The translations under genes were made by a program, and so were the position numbers. Positions 14,061-27,299 of a DNA stretch of 64,000 nt are shown here, in pieces. The notes under the pieces are model-generated. The model saw only the letters and a program-made list of their open reading frames with translations, was not told where the DNA came from and made no database searches. The first letter of the stretch is position 1, and each line of letters begins with the position of its first letter. Origin of the DNA: Camelus dromedarius (taxonomy: Eukaryota); NCBI RefSeq assembly GCF_036321535.1, contig NC_087447.1, positions 43,836,001 through 43,900,000 of the forward strand, given 5' to 3'.

Positions 14061-15352
14061 TGTGAAGAACAGTTGTCCTGGAGTGTTAAAGCCTCCAAAT
14101 CCCTCACTTCAAAATCCACTGGGAAGCAGCTGGGTTCACTTGTGTCCATTTCGCTGTCCTGCCAGGACCCTTCTTGAGACGTCTATTGTCAACCCTCCTG
14201 CTGGAGTGGAATTGGGTCAACTTTCCATGACCCTTGACCTCCTGTAAACTGGACTGAGGTGGACACTTAACCCAACGTGGGCAATCAGACACTCTCTCCT
14301 GGAAATGTGTGGACCTCAAAGGCTCCAGGTGGGCTCTGCTGGGCACTTGATGGATAATATCGAGAGCTGGTTTAAAGGGCCTGCTAACGTGGCTCCCAGT
14401 CAAATCTGGGGAATGACATTTGCTCTAGTTCTATAGCTCTAAGTTATACCCTTAAAGAGATAGAGGGTGGTCGATGAGGCTTCTGTTCACGTCAGGGTGT
14501 AATGTGCCCCACCAGCCCCTCGTTATGCACACATAAAAGGCTGAGTTTGGAGAGAGGAAGACTTACCCACACCGGAGCACCCCTTGAGTAGCACTTTGGG
14601 GTTCAGAATCTTGCACCTCTGTCAATCAGGGAAATGGTGCTGAGCTTCACTGTGTATTCTGATCTGATTCTACCTCTTTTAGAAAAGTAGAAATTGATTT
14701 AACTGAGTGGTGTCTGTGTTCCGGTCTTCCCATCAAACCAAGTTTACTACTCGTTAATCCAGAGGTGACACAGCACTGCACACGGATGCAATGAAAACCT
14801 GGAACTATTTCTATTACTCTCCCCAGAGCTCATGAGGGGTCAGCTCCACATGCAAGAGGGTGGAAGGGTGCTGGGATACGGCCAGGCCAACATGATCCTC
14901 TCTTGGATATGCAGAGGATAGGGCTGTGGGGGGAGCCCCGAGAGCTCTGTCATCTCCCGAGGCCCAGGGCGGGGAGGCTCCTGTCCCCAGGCCCCAGGCA
15001 GCCTGCTCTGAGGGAGTTCACACAGCTTCCCAAGCCTCTGGCATCACCGAGAGAAAAGGGAGGGGGAGCTGGCTGACCTTTGAGTGTGCAGTGAAGCCAT
15101 GCAGAATCCCTGGGAGAGAAACGGATTTTTGAACTCATTGGCTTTGAAGACTCCATCTGCCACCTACCCTGGCAAGGTCAGAGTGTGCTGGATGCTAGCC
15201 CAAGCAGGCTGCCAGGTCTCCTCCGCAGGGCTCACAGTTCAGCCCTAACCTGGCCCTCAGCCCCCAGAAGTGAAGAGCTTCTGCCAAGCCAGCCTCCCTT
15301 TGTACGAAATCCTAACCAGCCCATATCCTCTCTCCCTCTCTTTCATTCATTC

Positions 15353-15354
<2 letters not shown>

Positions 15355-15387
<33 letters not shown>
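15355..15387. repeat. (AC)n microsatellite
   Basis: About 16 AC units. Confidence 0.95.
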
Positions 15388-15390
<3 letters not shown>

Positions 15391-15699
15391 AACTGGGATT
15401 TCATTGCTGTTTTTGTTTTAAAGCAGAAATGTTCAAAGGTTCTCAGTATAGCAGCAGCTTATCTTGGAGGCCAAGGAAGAAAGGAGAAAGAACAGAACTT
15501 CAATATGTGTCTCTACATCCGGCAAAGTCAAAAATGACCCCCTCTTCCAGCCTGAGGTGATGGCTCACCAGCATGTGGGGGCTGGGGGTGTCCAGCCTTC
15601 CTTTTCCCTCTGTGACAGACATTATGGATGATTTTCTTTGTGCGACAGTCCCATGAGGACCCACAGCGATCTCTCAGAATGCAGGACAGATGTGATTAC

Positions 15700-15910
15700 A
15701 GTCACAGCTGGGAATTTTACTGAGCACTTACTGCGTGCCGGCCACGGTGCTTCACACAGGTTGGATTATTTAGTCCTCACAACCACCCTCGTGGGATAGA
15801 CCCTGTGACGTCCACTTTAGAGGGGAGAGAACTGAGATTTGGAAAGGGAAAAAAAAACTGAGTGGCAGCACACGGATTTGAATCTACGTCCGTCCAAGCC
15901 CAAAGTGAGC
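15700..15910 (-). mobile_element. MIR SINE
   Basis: tttactgagcacttactgcgtgcc...ttagtcctcacaaccaccct...gaactgag. Confidence 0.7.
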
Positions 15911-17599
15911 ATGTCCAACTGCTCGGCCTCTGGCCTCCTGCATCCTGACCCTGTTCTTCATCTCATCTGGTACCATTGCCCCAGTTCTGCTCATTACACA
16001 CTTATCCTTCAAAGGGAAAGGATCGCTTCCCCTCTCAGGCTGGATCTCAGGTCCCAGGCGTGGACTTCAAAGAGACAGGATGCAACAGGGCAGGCACAGC
16101 CTCCCGTGGTCTGCCCTTCACGTCAGGGCCATTTCACTGCCTTAGTTCTGCTGCAACAGTTGAGAAAAGACTGGTCTCTGCCAAAGTGATTCTAGCTGCT
16201 GTAACCAACGACTCCCAAGTTTCGGTGGTTTAACCCTAAAAACATTTATTTCTCACTTATTTAACTGTCAAAAGCAGATCTGAATAAGCCAAGTGCTCAG
16301 GGCTTAAGGAATGTCCCCCAGGCGGCCAGTCACACAGCACTTTTTCTGGGCAGCGAAGGGAGCCTCCGAGGCCCGCTTTCTACAGATTCCCTCACGGAAG
16401 GTGCACACGCCGCCTCCAGCGTGCCACCCACAGCCACTCCCTGGCAAGGTCACCGAGACAGAAGCACCGGCACAGCCCCACGCCACACCCCGATCTCCAC
16501 TCCTTTCCTGTTTCCCGAGTCCCGAGAAGCAAGAGGCCTGACACGCTTTGACACTCCAGATTGTTATAAATAAGGATGAAAGTCAGCAGCGACCTGTAAG
16601 GGGGCAAAAAGTCGATTACATGTGCTTGAACTGCCACCACTGGTGACGGGCTCTGGCAATTTAACAAGCCCGCAGGTGGACTCCTTTGAGAATTCCACCA
16701 GGCGCTGAAGAAGTGAAGCACGCGGCAGGCAGCATCAGCCCCCCAGCTACTTCTCAAGTGGCTCCTAGTTTCTGTGGGTCTCCCTCAGAGATTAATTTTG
16801 AGCCCAGGAAAGAAAGTGTCTTAGCTTCTTTGGCCCAAGGACAGAGGTGTCCTCAGCGACCTGCAAATTTGGGGCGGGGGGGCTAGACGCCCCTTGAAGA
16901 TACCTTCTGGAGGCCCCAAAGCTTAGAATCAGTCCACGAACCCTGTCCTGCTTTTCTCCCTTCAGCATCGTCTCCAACAAAGAAAGGCTGTCCCTTCATC
17001 CCCTGGGCCCTCTCTTGCCTCCGCACGCTGCCCAGCACGTGTGCGTCAACCAGACTCACCTGACTGTCCACGGCAGCGGAGCGCACAGCCGGTGAGGCTC
17101 TGGTCTTGGCCTCTCAGGATGGCTTTGCAGGAAACAGAGCTGCCTGCACTGGGGGAGTCAGAGGAAGTTCTCTGCCTGGAACCCACGCTCCCTGGTGTCC
17201 CTGTTCCCAGGGGCTCAGTTCTCTTCCCAAGAGCAGGAGGGACTAATGCTTCACAGACAAGCACGACATCTAAGCAGGGCAAACCCTTCCTCCCTCTGTG
17301 CTCCAGCGGCACCTGATGTGGATGATGATGCGCACAAGTGTGCACTTTGGTGATTGGCTCACACGCCATCCTCTCTCTCTCTCTCTCTCTCATGGTCTAT
17401 AAGCTCTTCAAGGGAAGGAAAAATTTCTGCCATCTGTATTTTCTGTATCTCACACAGCGTCTGACCCACAGAAATGTCACTTAGTGAATACAACTTATTT
17501 TTGAGAGTGAGTTAGTAAATAAGAGAGTGAGTCACTGAGGAAGGGTGAATGGAGGAAGAATAAATGAGAAGGAAATAGGGGGGGAATGAGTTAATGAAT

Positions 17600-18140
17600 G
17601 AAGGTGGGAGGCAGAACCGTGGCCCACTGCCTCCAGGTATCCATTCTCCTCTTCTACCTTGCAAACAGAAGCCTGCTTTTTCAGTTTTCATGCTGCCACC
17701 CCACCAAAAAAAAAAAAATTTCTCACCCATCCTTGCATTTAGACATGTCCATGTGACTAAGTTCTGTGACTAAATTAAATGTAAGTAGCTATGTTGCATA
17801 AGAAATCAAGGAAAAGCCCTTACAAAGGAATGTGTGTGCTTCTGGCTCTTGTCTCTTTCTACTTTTCTAAGGCCTGGAAGATATGTGGTGGTTGGAGCTT
17901 AGCAGCCATGTTGTTCAATGAGGCGATCTCAAAAACAAAAACAAGAACAAAAACAAAAACAACAGCACTGGAAGCAGAAAGATAGAAGTCTACACCTCTG
18001 TTGATCAGAGAGCCACTAAAACAGCCTTGATGACCTTCCTCTGGACCTTTTTTTATGTAACAGAGAAACAAATTTCCATTTCACTTATTGTTCTGTGGTT
18101 TGTTGTTTTGGGGGTTTTAATCATATATAATTGAATCTGA
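17600..18140. mobile_element. MLT1-type LTR
   Basis: ccatgtgactaagttctg, ggagcttagcagccatgtt, cctctggacctttttttatgtaacagagaaacaaatttc. Confidence 0.55.
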
Positions 18141-18580
18141 TAATAACCAGTTTGCCCAGAATCACACATACTAGAGTCAGTCTCAGAATCCAGGCCTCCT
18201 CTCGCCCAGTCTCGAGTTCTTTCTGATGGCAGATGTAAGTCACTCTATGATGGCCTGAAGTGCACACTCCTCCAGATCCTGCAGATGCCCTCCAAACGTC
18301 AATCCAAAGCCACAACGTGAAATAAGAGAATCCTGAACTTTTTGAAAAACAATCAAAGCGAGGGATGATTCCCAATCAACATTCAAAACCCACCAGACTG
18401 GCGGGGAGCACAGACTCCACGTCAGACAAGTGCAATTCCCAACCAACGGCCTCAGGAAATACAACCAGGGAAAGCCACTGATACCACGGGCCCTGTGACA
18501 CTCCCATTCTTGGTGGCTTCTGCATTTCAACAGTAAAGCACTTACCCTTCTGCAAAGGGGAGCACGAGAGTAGGTCTTAC

Positions 18581-18710
18581 CTCCACCAGGGAGTGCCAGT
18601 GCGCGATGGGCTTGCGCGGGTACGACAGCATTTCACTCCAGTGGTCTCTGCCCAGCCTCTCAGCTTCGTTGCCTACTTGACACACGCCGATGATCTCATT
18701 GTGACCTACA
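18581..18710 (-). CDS. SYT9: Synaptotagmin-9 coding exon (end of C2B domain; probably exon 6), 130 nt
   Basis: ttttcacag|TGTAGGTCAC...CTGGTGGAG|gtaaga; encodes (R)[43 protein letters not shown], including the synaptotagmin WHxL motif. Lies in ORF 18542..18727. Confidence 0.97.
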
Positions 18711-20793
18711 CTGTGAAAATGGTCCACAATAGTTTTTTTCCTAAAATTTTGTAATGTAAGGGTAACAACTACTCAATTGAATGGATAGAGGAATTAGGGA
18801 AGGGGCGGTCCTTTTCATTCCCTAATTCAAATCTACAGGTCAAGTTTAACAGCCATGAGGACTTGGGGGCACAGAGAGGAAGACCAGGGTCTGGCCCTCA
18901 CACACCTCGGCTGTCGTGCCCCTGACATGACTTAGCTGGTTCCCAAGCGCCCTGTGTTGGGAGAGCCCCCTGATGCACGCACATGACGCCTCCTCTCGTT
19001 CTGGAATGGGGTTGATCTCCAGGCCTCCAAATCCACGTAATGGAAAGGGGCCCATCTGAAAGGAGTTTGTTGTATTAACGGCTGCTCCCCTCCTGCAACA
19101 GGCAATCAAGTCCAGGTAAGGGAGAAGCTCTGAGTTTGGCAGCTGTATCCTTGAACTTACAAAGAGGGCAGAATGGAGGGGGCTCCTGGGTCTTCTTGGG
19201 ACCTTTCTTTAGAGAACATGTCCTCTCACACTCTTCCCTGCTTCCTTCCTAGCCCAGCTTTGCTTCAGTGGCCCAGCTCGAGTTCCCTACTGTAGAATGA
19301 CGCTTAGTCCCTTAAACACTTAGCTAGGATTTCTGAAACATCCCTGGATGGGTCCCTGCCTTGGACCGTTTCTTTTTTTCCTTCACAGTTTTTGGTCTGA
19401 AGCCTTTTGTGTATAACCAGAATGACACGGCCTGCCCTTTAGCTCTTAAGGATCCAAACTCACAGACTTCTTCTCTTTCTTATTCCCTCTTGCAAAGATA
19501 AATGATTTTTCTATATGTGTATAGGGAGTCAAGGGTGGGGAAGTGGTGTGAAGGATATTTGATTCTCTGCTCATTAAAATCAGTTACACGCAGACGCCCC
19601 ATGAATTCGGCCATGGATTTTTCCAGGACAGATTCATGAGTTTACTGAGAATTAAACTGAAGCAGAGTTCACATAAACAGATTTGCTGATACGGGAAACT
19701 TGGCAATAGCTTGAATGATGCCGGCCCAGCCTTCCACGGCTGGTGGGCAACGACCCCTCTCATGGCCTGATGCTGTTGGTGTTGTGTGTCATCCAGAGGA
19801 GACAGGGTGAGGTCTACTGCCCACTGAGGGCTGTCACACCCATGGGCAGCTGAGCCCATACGTGCTCCCTGGGTTGAAAGAAGATTATGCTTTACCCAGG
19901 CATCTGCTGCAAAGGGTGTTCAGGGCACTGAGGCTGCTTTGTTGACATTTCAGAGGTCTGCAGGAAAATTTTTATCTACAAATAATATTGTAAGATATGA
20001 GAAGTCCAGAATGATTTCTTTCTTATATATAACTGTGCCCAGACCATGTGGGAGGTTTCCAATTAAAAAGAGATTTTGCATTTCAGTCTAATGACTGGTA
20101 ACATGTATAATTCCCTGTTGCTACTTCCTTTGCATATTAAAATGACTGTTTTTCAAATCTGTCCTTTAAATACACAGTTGGCTACAATGCAGGCTATAAA
20201 TATCTCTTCTGTGCTGTATTAATTAGAAAGTCGAGCATCTTATACATTTTAATGTACCCTGTCATCCATACTGATTCTAGCGTTTTCAAGAGAACATTTC
20301 TGTGTTTGCTTTCAGATTTAAGTGGATGGAAATGATCTTTATTAAACACATCAGGAGAAGAAAAAAAAGAACGAAGTTATGTATTTAGAAATGTTGATGG
20401 TCTGGTTAAAGTAATCATTCTGCTATTTTGAGTGGAATCTTTCCTCTCAAAACCAGGCAGGATTGCCCACGAGAAGATTAAGATCTGTGGGGCCATGGTT
20501 CTTCAAGCTGAGATTCTACGGGGTGTGCAGGGCCAGAGAGGGGAAGAAGTGGGGGAGGCAGGAGGACGGAGGAGGAGAAAGAAATAAGAAATGGGGAGCT
20601 GAGAGGCACTTTGGTAACCTGCCTCTATAGCAGGGCCTGTAACCTGCTGACTCCTTGTCTCTGTGCTGCTCGCCCAGCTCCTCTCCTGTAGCTGCACTAG
20701 GACACCAGCTAAGAATCCGTGGCCGCCCCCACCCCGCCCTGCCAGCTGTGGGCACAGGGCACATGCCGTGAGAAAGAGCTCCAGGCATCTCAC

Positions 20794-20965
20794 CGGTCGT
20801 AGTCCATGACCGCTATGGACAAGTGGATTTGGTCAATGTTCTCGGGAGGGACGTCAAAGACTATGGCTTCATTGTAAACAGGATTCAGAGTGTTCCTCTT
20901 GGTGGACGTTTTCCTCTTCTTCAGTCGTCTGCCATCACACATCAGAGAGACCTTCACGTAAGGAT
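20794..20965 (-). CDS. SYT9: Synaptotagmin-9 coding exon (C2B polybasic region; probably exon 5), 172 nt
   Basis: gtgcag|ATCCTTAC...TACGACCG|gtgag; encodes (D)[56 protein letters not shown](R). Lies in ORF 20790..20978 and is in frame with both neighbouring exons. Confidence 0.97.
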
Positions 20966-22129
20966 CTGCACAGACCATGAGAAGCAGGGGGACCGTGAAG
21001 ATAAAGGTAGAGTTAAGCTGGCAGTGTCGTCATTGTGGAGTTTCAAGGACCACAGTATGCAGAACCCCTTTACCTGCCTGTGGGCTGGAGTTTGAGGATT
21101 TTAATTAACACAACGCCTGGGCCGGCATCATTGGGAGTTGGGATAATTGAGTCACTCATTCAAGAAAAAGCACAGGATACTCTCTCCTCCAAGTGCGTGG
21201 AATTTTAAAATAGTGTCAAGACATCACTTACTGAATTAGAAAACGTTCCAGCTAGAATTCCAGACCTGTCCGGCTGCCACAGGAAGGCAGATGCAGAGGT
21301 ATTTCCAAAGCGTGGGGAGCTGGGCTGCAGACCCTGATTCTGAGCTGCCCGAGGAATCTTTTCCTGAACACCAGGTCTTTGGGAAAGGGAGAAGCTAAAT
21401 TCTTAAGAGGACAGGGAGAATTTGGGGGTGCGGTGTGAGTGGGTTTCCTTCAGTGCAGGGGCCTCGAGCCCCCAGATCTGCCTGCAGTCAGGCTGCAAAG
21501 GGGGAAGGAGTTCAGAGGTTGGGGAGAGAAAGGACACAGGCTTGCTGGTGATACCATGCTGAGACAGGTGACAGGTGACAAAGTGGGTCTCTGCTTCAGG
21601 TGGGACTTCCCTGGTTTCACATCACTATCCTCCCACTCAGGAGGAGTCCTTCTGTGTCACCTGCATAACCATGCTTAGCCCTGGGCCCCATACACTGTCC
21701 GGGGGGACTCAGAGGGCCAGAAGGGGCTGCATCTTTTTTTCTGCTTGAAAAAATCCTGGCATCCAGGAAGCAGAATATATTACATCTGACGTCTTCTGAT
21801 TTCAGTGACCAAGAGCCAGTGGCCTGAGTGTTTTGTGACCACATTTGGGGAGCCCCTGCAGAGGTGGCTTGTGAACTCACATAAAAGGGGTTGAGTATCA
21901 GAGTATTTTTTGTTAGGGTTTAGAATTGAAGTGTACACACTTGATTCACTGGAAAAACCAAACTGCAAAGCTCATGGATGGACCTTTCTAAGGATTTGGA
22001 CTGCCTTCAATCTTCTAAAAGCCTGAGATGATGATTGCTTATATCTGAGGAAAGACCCAACTGGATAAGCTACATCAGCATGTGCAAATCACAGGTCCAG
22101 GTCACACTATGGTGAATGAGAAGACCTAA

Positions 22130-22270
22130 GATACTACGCTTATCCTCATCTTTACAGATGGAGAATCTGAAGCCCAGAAAGGTTAAGTGACGTGCCCAAG
22201 GTCACACAGCTATAAGGTCTAGGGCGAGGATTAAGCCCAGCAGTTTGGTTCCCAAGTCCAGGCGCTTTAT
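22130..22270 (-). mobile_element. MIR SINE
   Basis: ttacagatggagaatctgaagcccagaaaggttaagtgacgtgcccaaggtcacacagct. Confidence 0.8.
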
Positions 22271-22337
22271 TTACTGGAGACTCCCTAAGGCGCTACATTA
22301 GAACCTAGGAGGAAATCTGAGTTCTAGACTCTCCCAC

Positions 22338-22458
22338 CTGATGCTCCTGTTATGTCCATTGCCTTTAAATTCCTTGCTTTTATAATGGTAATGGTCAGCC
22401 TGCCAGCCGTTGGAAGATAGCAGAGGGAAAACATCAACTCTCCAAGATCCACGTTGTC
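22338..22458 (-). CDS. SYT9: Synaptotagmin-9 coding exon (start of C2B domain; probably exon 4), 121 nt
   Basis: Reverse complement reads ctttctcaccag|GACAACGTG...GGAGCATCAG|gtggga and encodes [40 protein letters not shown](D). Canonical AG/GT borders; ends in phase 1 and joins the next exon. Missed by the ORF track. Confidence 0.96.
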
Positions 22459-22856
22459 CTGGTGAGAAAGCAAACCAAAGTGTCAGAAGGTGTCTTCAGC
22501 CTTGTGCACGTAAGAAGCGGGGGCAGAGCAGCATTCTGAGGGGCCCCACTGCTCCTCCTGCCCACCTCCTGAATCCCTGGTGTCTCTCCCCTTCACGTCG
22601 TCAGCCACGTGGAGGAGAACAAACGCCCACTCTTGGAGAGCCCCTCGAGCACCCCCATCCTAAGGAAGCACACTCATCTTTCCACGGTGAAGCTGCAGAG
22701 GCCACCAGTTCTGTGCCACCCTCTATCCAGCCACCCACAGCCTCACACAGGTCTGGTAGCCCACCATGCAGCCCCCAGAGCAGAAGTCCTACAGTCTGAA
22801 CTGTCACCCATGGAGTCTCCCATGTGGCTCCACTCACATCCCCATCACAGTCCACA

Positions 22857-22877
22857 CAGAGCACCCAGGACAGAGCT
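22857..22877 (+). promoter_or_regulatory. Candidate RE1/NRSE (REST-binding) element
   Basis: cagAGCACCcaGGACAGagct matches both RE1 core half-sites with canonical 2-bp spacing; the 5' TTC is not matched. Confidence 0.4.
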
Positions 22878-23129
22878 ACACAAAAAGGCGCCCTGCGGTG
22901 CTGTCCCGTCCCACTGACAGCCCAGACAAGCTCTGCACCCAGCCCCCCGCAATGCCCCTCAGGAAACCCCCACCCCCGTTTCCTACTTGGTCTCTCCCAT
23001 AGCTTTCCCCACAGGCCCCACAAAGTCGTCCAGTCATCACCCATAGCATCCTTCCCCCCACAGCCCCATACACTTCCTGACATGGTCCCTCCAAGTTTGC
23101 TGCAATACCTCTGTACGTTCCTGCAAATA

Positions 23130-23131
<2 letters not shown>

Positions 23132-23174
<43 letters not shown>
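23132..23174. repeat. (CA)n microsatellite
   Basis: About 21 CA units. Confidence 0.95.
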
Positions 23175-23176
<2 letters not shown>

Positions 23177-25126
23177 CTCCACCTGCCAGAGCGCTGCACA
23201 TGACCAGGTCACCCATAGCCTGTGCAGACCAGCAAGCGGCTCCACTGGACCCTGCAAACACCTAGTCCCTACATGGTTCTAGAGAAGGACCTTGCAGAGA
23301 CCTGAGAGGAGCAGCCTGGGCCCCACGCAGTCTGCGGGCAGGGAGAGAAGGGTGGGAACCCAGACCCTGCAGGTCCCCCAGTGGCTGAACCTAGGGCTCC
23401 CACTTTGCCGCAGCTCTTGCCTTCTCTTGGTGTGTCTCTAAGAAGCCTCATTTTCCTATGCTGGGGAAAACATCTCAAATAGGTCAGGGGACACCATTCT
23501 CTGTCTCCTTTTTAGCCGAGGGAAAGTATAACCAGAGAGGAAAAAAAAGCCAGTTCATTTAGTTTCAATTTCTGTGTTACCTGAGGTGATCGAGCTGGGT
23601 GTGTCTAATTAATACAGTTTCATACTGACCATGCTCTAGGGAGTCTGGTTTTTGCCCTCAACATCCACAGCCTCCCTTTCCCTTCTCGATTCTCCAAGGA
23701 TGCTTCTATTTTTAGAAGCACAGATTCAGCTCTGGAAGGTCACCTCGCACAACCTCCCTCCTTGACCGTTTCTGCGGGAGGATGAGGCGAAGCGAATCTG
23801 TTTGGTCACTAAGGTGGATGGATTGCTCTGTATCTTCGAGCATTGCCAGCTATGTGTAAATAAATGACCTTCTCTCACAAGCGGGCCAGGCTCTCCTGGT
23901 CCCTGGAGCCCTGACATCCAGAGACCCAGGTGGCTGGGTCTTTCCCTCTGGGGTGGAGGTGAGGGGAGAGATGAGAATTCTACAGGAGTCGGGGTGTCAC
24001 ATGGGACAGGTGCTGGACTGCTTTGTGCTGCTAGGTTCCTGACCCCAGGGAGAGGGTCTGCTCTCACTGCAGCATCTGACCCAGCTTCCTGCCAGTGGCA
24101 GAGAAAGAGAAGCAGCAACTGTCCCCACCAATTACCTTTTGCTTCTATACTCCCTGGCCTATTCCTCTACCCTTTGCACAAAGGCCCAGACACCTGTTCT
24201 TCTCTTAGAGAGCTTTTCACCACACCTGACTCACATCCTGCACCCCAAATCCTAGTTTGACACAGTAACCCAAACCATGCCTATGAAGCTTTATCAACAT
24301 CATCATCATCATCCATCGTCATCATCTTTTCAGCATGCAGTTCCTCCAGGGTGCACCCTGCACAAGCTCTGCAGGGCTCAAGATGTGATGATGCATCCAC
24401 TCTGGTCCCTGCCCTCAAGGCCAACGCACATAGTTGAATGTGATGTGTTGGGTTCCTTTTGTGCTAAGTCCATTTTTTTTCCCAACATAAACCTCATTCA
24501 CAAATATTTATATGACATAGCTGTTTGCTCATGAGTTAAAAGAAAGAAAAATCCCAAGCTTCAGACTTGGTTATGTGTTAAGAATGTGAACGATGGCTCA
24601 AGTCCACATTTGTACTTTCAAAAAGCCCCGGCAAATTAAAGAAGTAAGTTGCCAAAGAGAAAATGCTTGATTTCCAAGTGCTTTCAAAATAAATCATTTA
24701 AGATCAAATAAACTATGAGAGTAAAAACAGTGATAAAATTCAAATAAAAAAATTTTTAAAGTAAAATAGTAAAATATCTCCTTTTCTTATGTGCATATCA
24801 TCTATATCACTCTTTGCCCCAGAGTAACACTGTGAATAACCATGCACATTTTTCTTTTCATCCATCCATCCTTCCATTCACTTATTCTTCTAGTATTTAT
24901 TTAATATTTGTTGTGGTTGTGGTTGTTGAGCAGTGTTCTTTCCTATCGGGAACTGTTTTTGCAGCAGTGAACAGCAGATGTGGTCCCTTGAGAAGAGATG
25001 GGCTTGCTGGGCTCTGGAACAGGAGTGGAGGGCACCTAATGCTAACTCTGCTTTCTCTCCATCTGCTGATGCTGACTTGCAGTTAAGAACCTATAAATCC
25101 TGATGTTTCTACACAGTCCCTTAAAT

Positions 25127-25328
25127 CAGTGGTTCTCAACCAGGAGCAATTTTATTCCCCCGGGGGATATTTGGCATTATCCGGAGAAATCTTTGATTGC
25201 CACAACCAGGGAGGCAGATGTGTTACTGACATCTAGTAGGTAGAGTCCAAGGATGCTGCTAAACATCATATAATGCACAGGCAGTCCCTCATGACAAAGA
25301 GTTCTCTGGTCCAGACTGTCAATAGTGT
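25127..25328 (+). mobile_element. MER20 (hAT-Charlie) DNA transposon
   Basis: cagtggttctcaacc...atttggca...catctagtaggtagagtccaaggatgctgctaaacatc...gtcaatagtg. Confidence 0.85.
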
Positions 25329-26244
25329 CTTACACAGAAGAGCTTATATTGCTGGTAAAAATTTCTCCAGAATGCTGATAAAAGATATAAAAGAGTGGTG
25401 GAGCATTTGGCTTCTTTTCCAGCTTGACAGAATTCAGATCTGCAGAAGTGCCACTGGTGGCTGAGTGCCCTGGGGGGTACTAGGGGAAGGAAAATGTCAT
25501 ACAAAACAATGCTTCATTTGCTCCTGCTTTGTGTGGCCAAGTTCAGTATTGTTGGCAAGATCTATTGGGAATTTATAGCAAGTGTTTGTGAAGTCTCCAC
25601 TTGTCAGTCTGTAAACTCTGTGATAAGTTTGCCTGTAATGGTCTATGATAACTCTAGGTTTTGTCTAACCAGTGCACTTTTGCATTCCTCTTCTTGGGTT
25701 ATTCTAGTGAGGTCTATCCCAATTCCATGAAGTTCTAGAAGGGCTGCTGTAGGAATTCAGACTGATCAAAATGTTCAGGTCCCTGCCCACTGCTGTCTGT
25801 TCAGGGATGAGTATGTAACCCAAGCAGGGAGATTTAGAATCTTCCTTGGGACTGAAAAATCAATACTGAGAAAAAGAAATGTTCATTTTATTGGGGTTAC
25901 TCACTGGGAAGATATGAAACTAGAACTGTTGTCAGGTTCTTGTCTTATATATACTGCAAGTAGTATAGTATCACTTTCAGTTGGGCTGAGTATGTTAAAG
26001 ATGTATATACTATAAACCCCAGAGAAATGACTAAAACAATACAATAAGAATTTATAGTTAATAAGCCAACAAAGGAGATAAAATAAATAAATGTTTTAAA
26101 AATATTAAATTTAAAAAAAAAGGCAGAAAAAAGGAAAGGGGGATGAGACCAGAAGAGACAAGTATGACAGAAACAGAAAACAAACAGTAAGATGGTAAAT
26201 TTAAACTCAACTATTTCAATAATTACATTAAATTTAAATGATTC

Positions 26245-26745
26245 AGACTAGATAAAGAAGTTGCGGTATATTTATATAAAGGAATACTACTCAGTTGTAA
26301 AAAAGAATAACGTAATGCCATTTGCAGCAACATGGATGGACCTGGAGATTGTCATACGAAGTGAAATAAGCCAGAAAGAGAAAGAAAAATACCATATGAC
26401 ATCATTTGTATGTGGAATCTAAAAAGAAGACACAAATGAACTTATTTACAAAACAGAAACAGACTCAGACACATAAAGAACAAACTTATGGTTAACAAGA
26501 GGGAAAAGGGGTGGGAAGGGATAAATTGGGAGTTCAAGATTTGCAGATACTAACTACTATATATACATCAGATAAACAAGTTTCTACTGTATAGCACAGG
26601 GAACTAAGTATATTCAATATCTTGTAGTAACCTATAATGAAAAAGAATATGAAGAGGAAAATATGTATATATAGTATGACTGAAACATTATGCTGTACAC
26701 CAGAAACTGACACATTGTAAACAGACAATACTTCAATTTAAAAAG
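26245..26745 (+). mobile_element. Young L1 3' end
   Basis: gcagcaacatggatggacctggagattgtcat...gaaacattatgctgtacaccagaaactgacacattgtaaacagacaatacttcaat. Confidence 0.88.
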
Positions 26746-26854
26746 TACACCTGCACAAACTTGAAAAAAAAGAAAGTATTCTGAAGTAAGTTGAAGTGAA
26801 AATACAACATTAAAATTTGTTGATGCAGCTAAAGCAGTACACAAAGGGAGATTT

Positions 26855-27019
26855 TATTTTATTTTTTAAAATATTTTGTTTATTATTGTATTATTTATTT
26901 TATTTTGGCGGGGGAGGAGGTAATTAGGTTTATTTATTTTTGGAGGAGGTAGTAGAGATTGAACCCAGGACCTCATGCATGCTAAGCATGCACTCTACCA
27001 CTTGAGCTACATCCTCCCT
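26855..27019 (-). mobile_element. Vic-1-like SINE
   Basis: 15-bp TSD cacaaagggagattt at 26840-26854 and 27020-27034. Confidence 0.9.
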
Positions 27020-27299
27020 CACAAAGGGAGATTTATACCACTAAAATGCTTATATTAAACAAGAAGAAAAATGTCAAATCACTGACCTCAGCTTCCACTT
27101 TAAGAAACCAAAAAAACCCCAAAAAACAAAAAACAAATTAAAAGCAAAATAAGTAGAAGAAAGGAAATAATAATGATTAGAATTAAAATAATGTAAAGAT
27201 GTATATTTTAAACAATAGAGTAACCACTAAAATAACCAATAGGTACCTGTAATAAGTCATTATAGGAGATAAACTGGAACAATAAAAATACTCAATTCA

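Noticed and set aside
1..18539. Terminal SYT9 exon (expected short KR-stop plus 3' UTR)
   Set aside because: No acceptor followed by Lys-Arg-stop was found by eye on the minus strand; it probably lies left of the window.
22601..23282. 218-aa and 152-aa ORFs
   Set aside because: They arise from C-rich low-complexity sequence and a (CA)n repeat; no recognisable protein.
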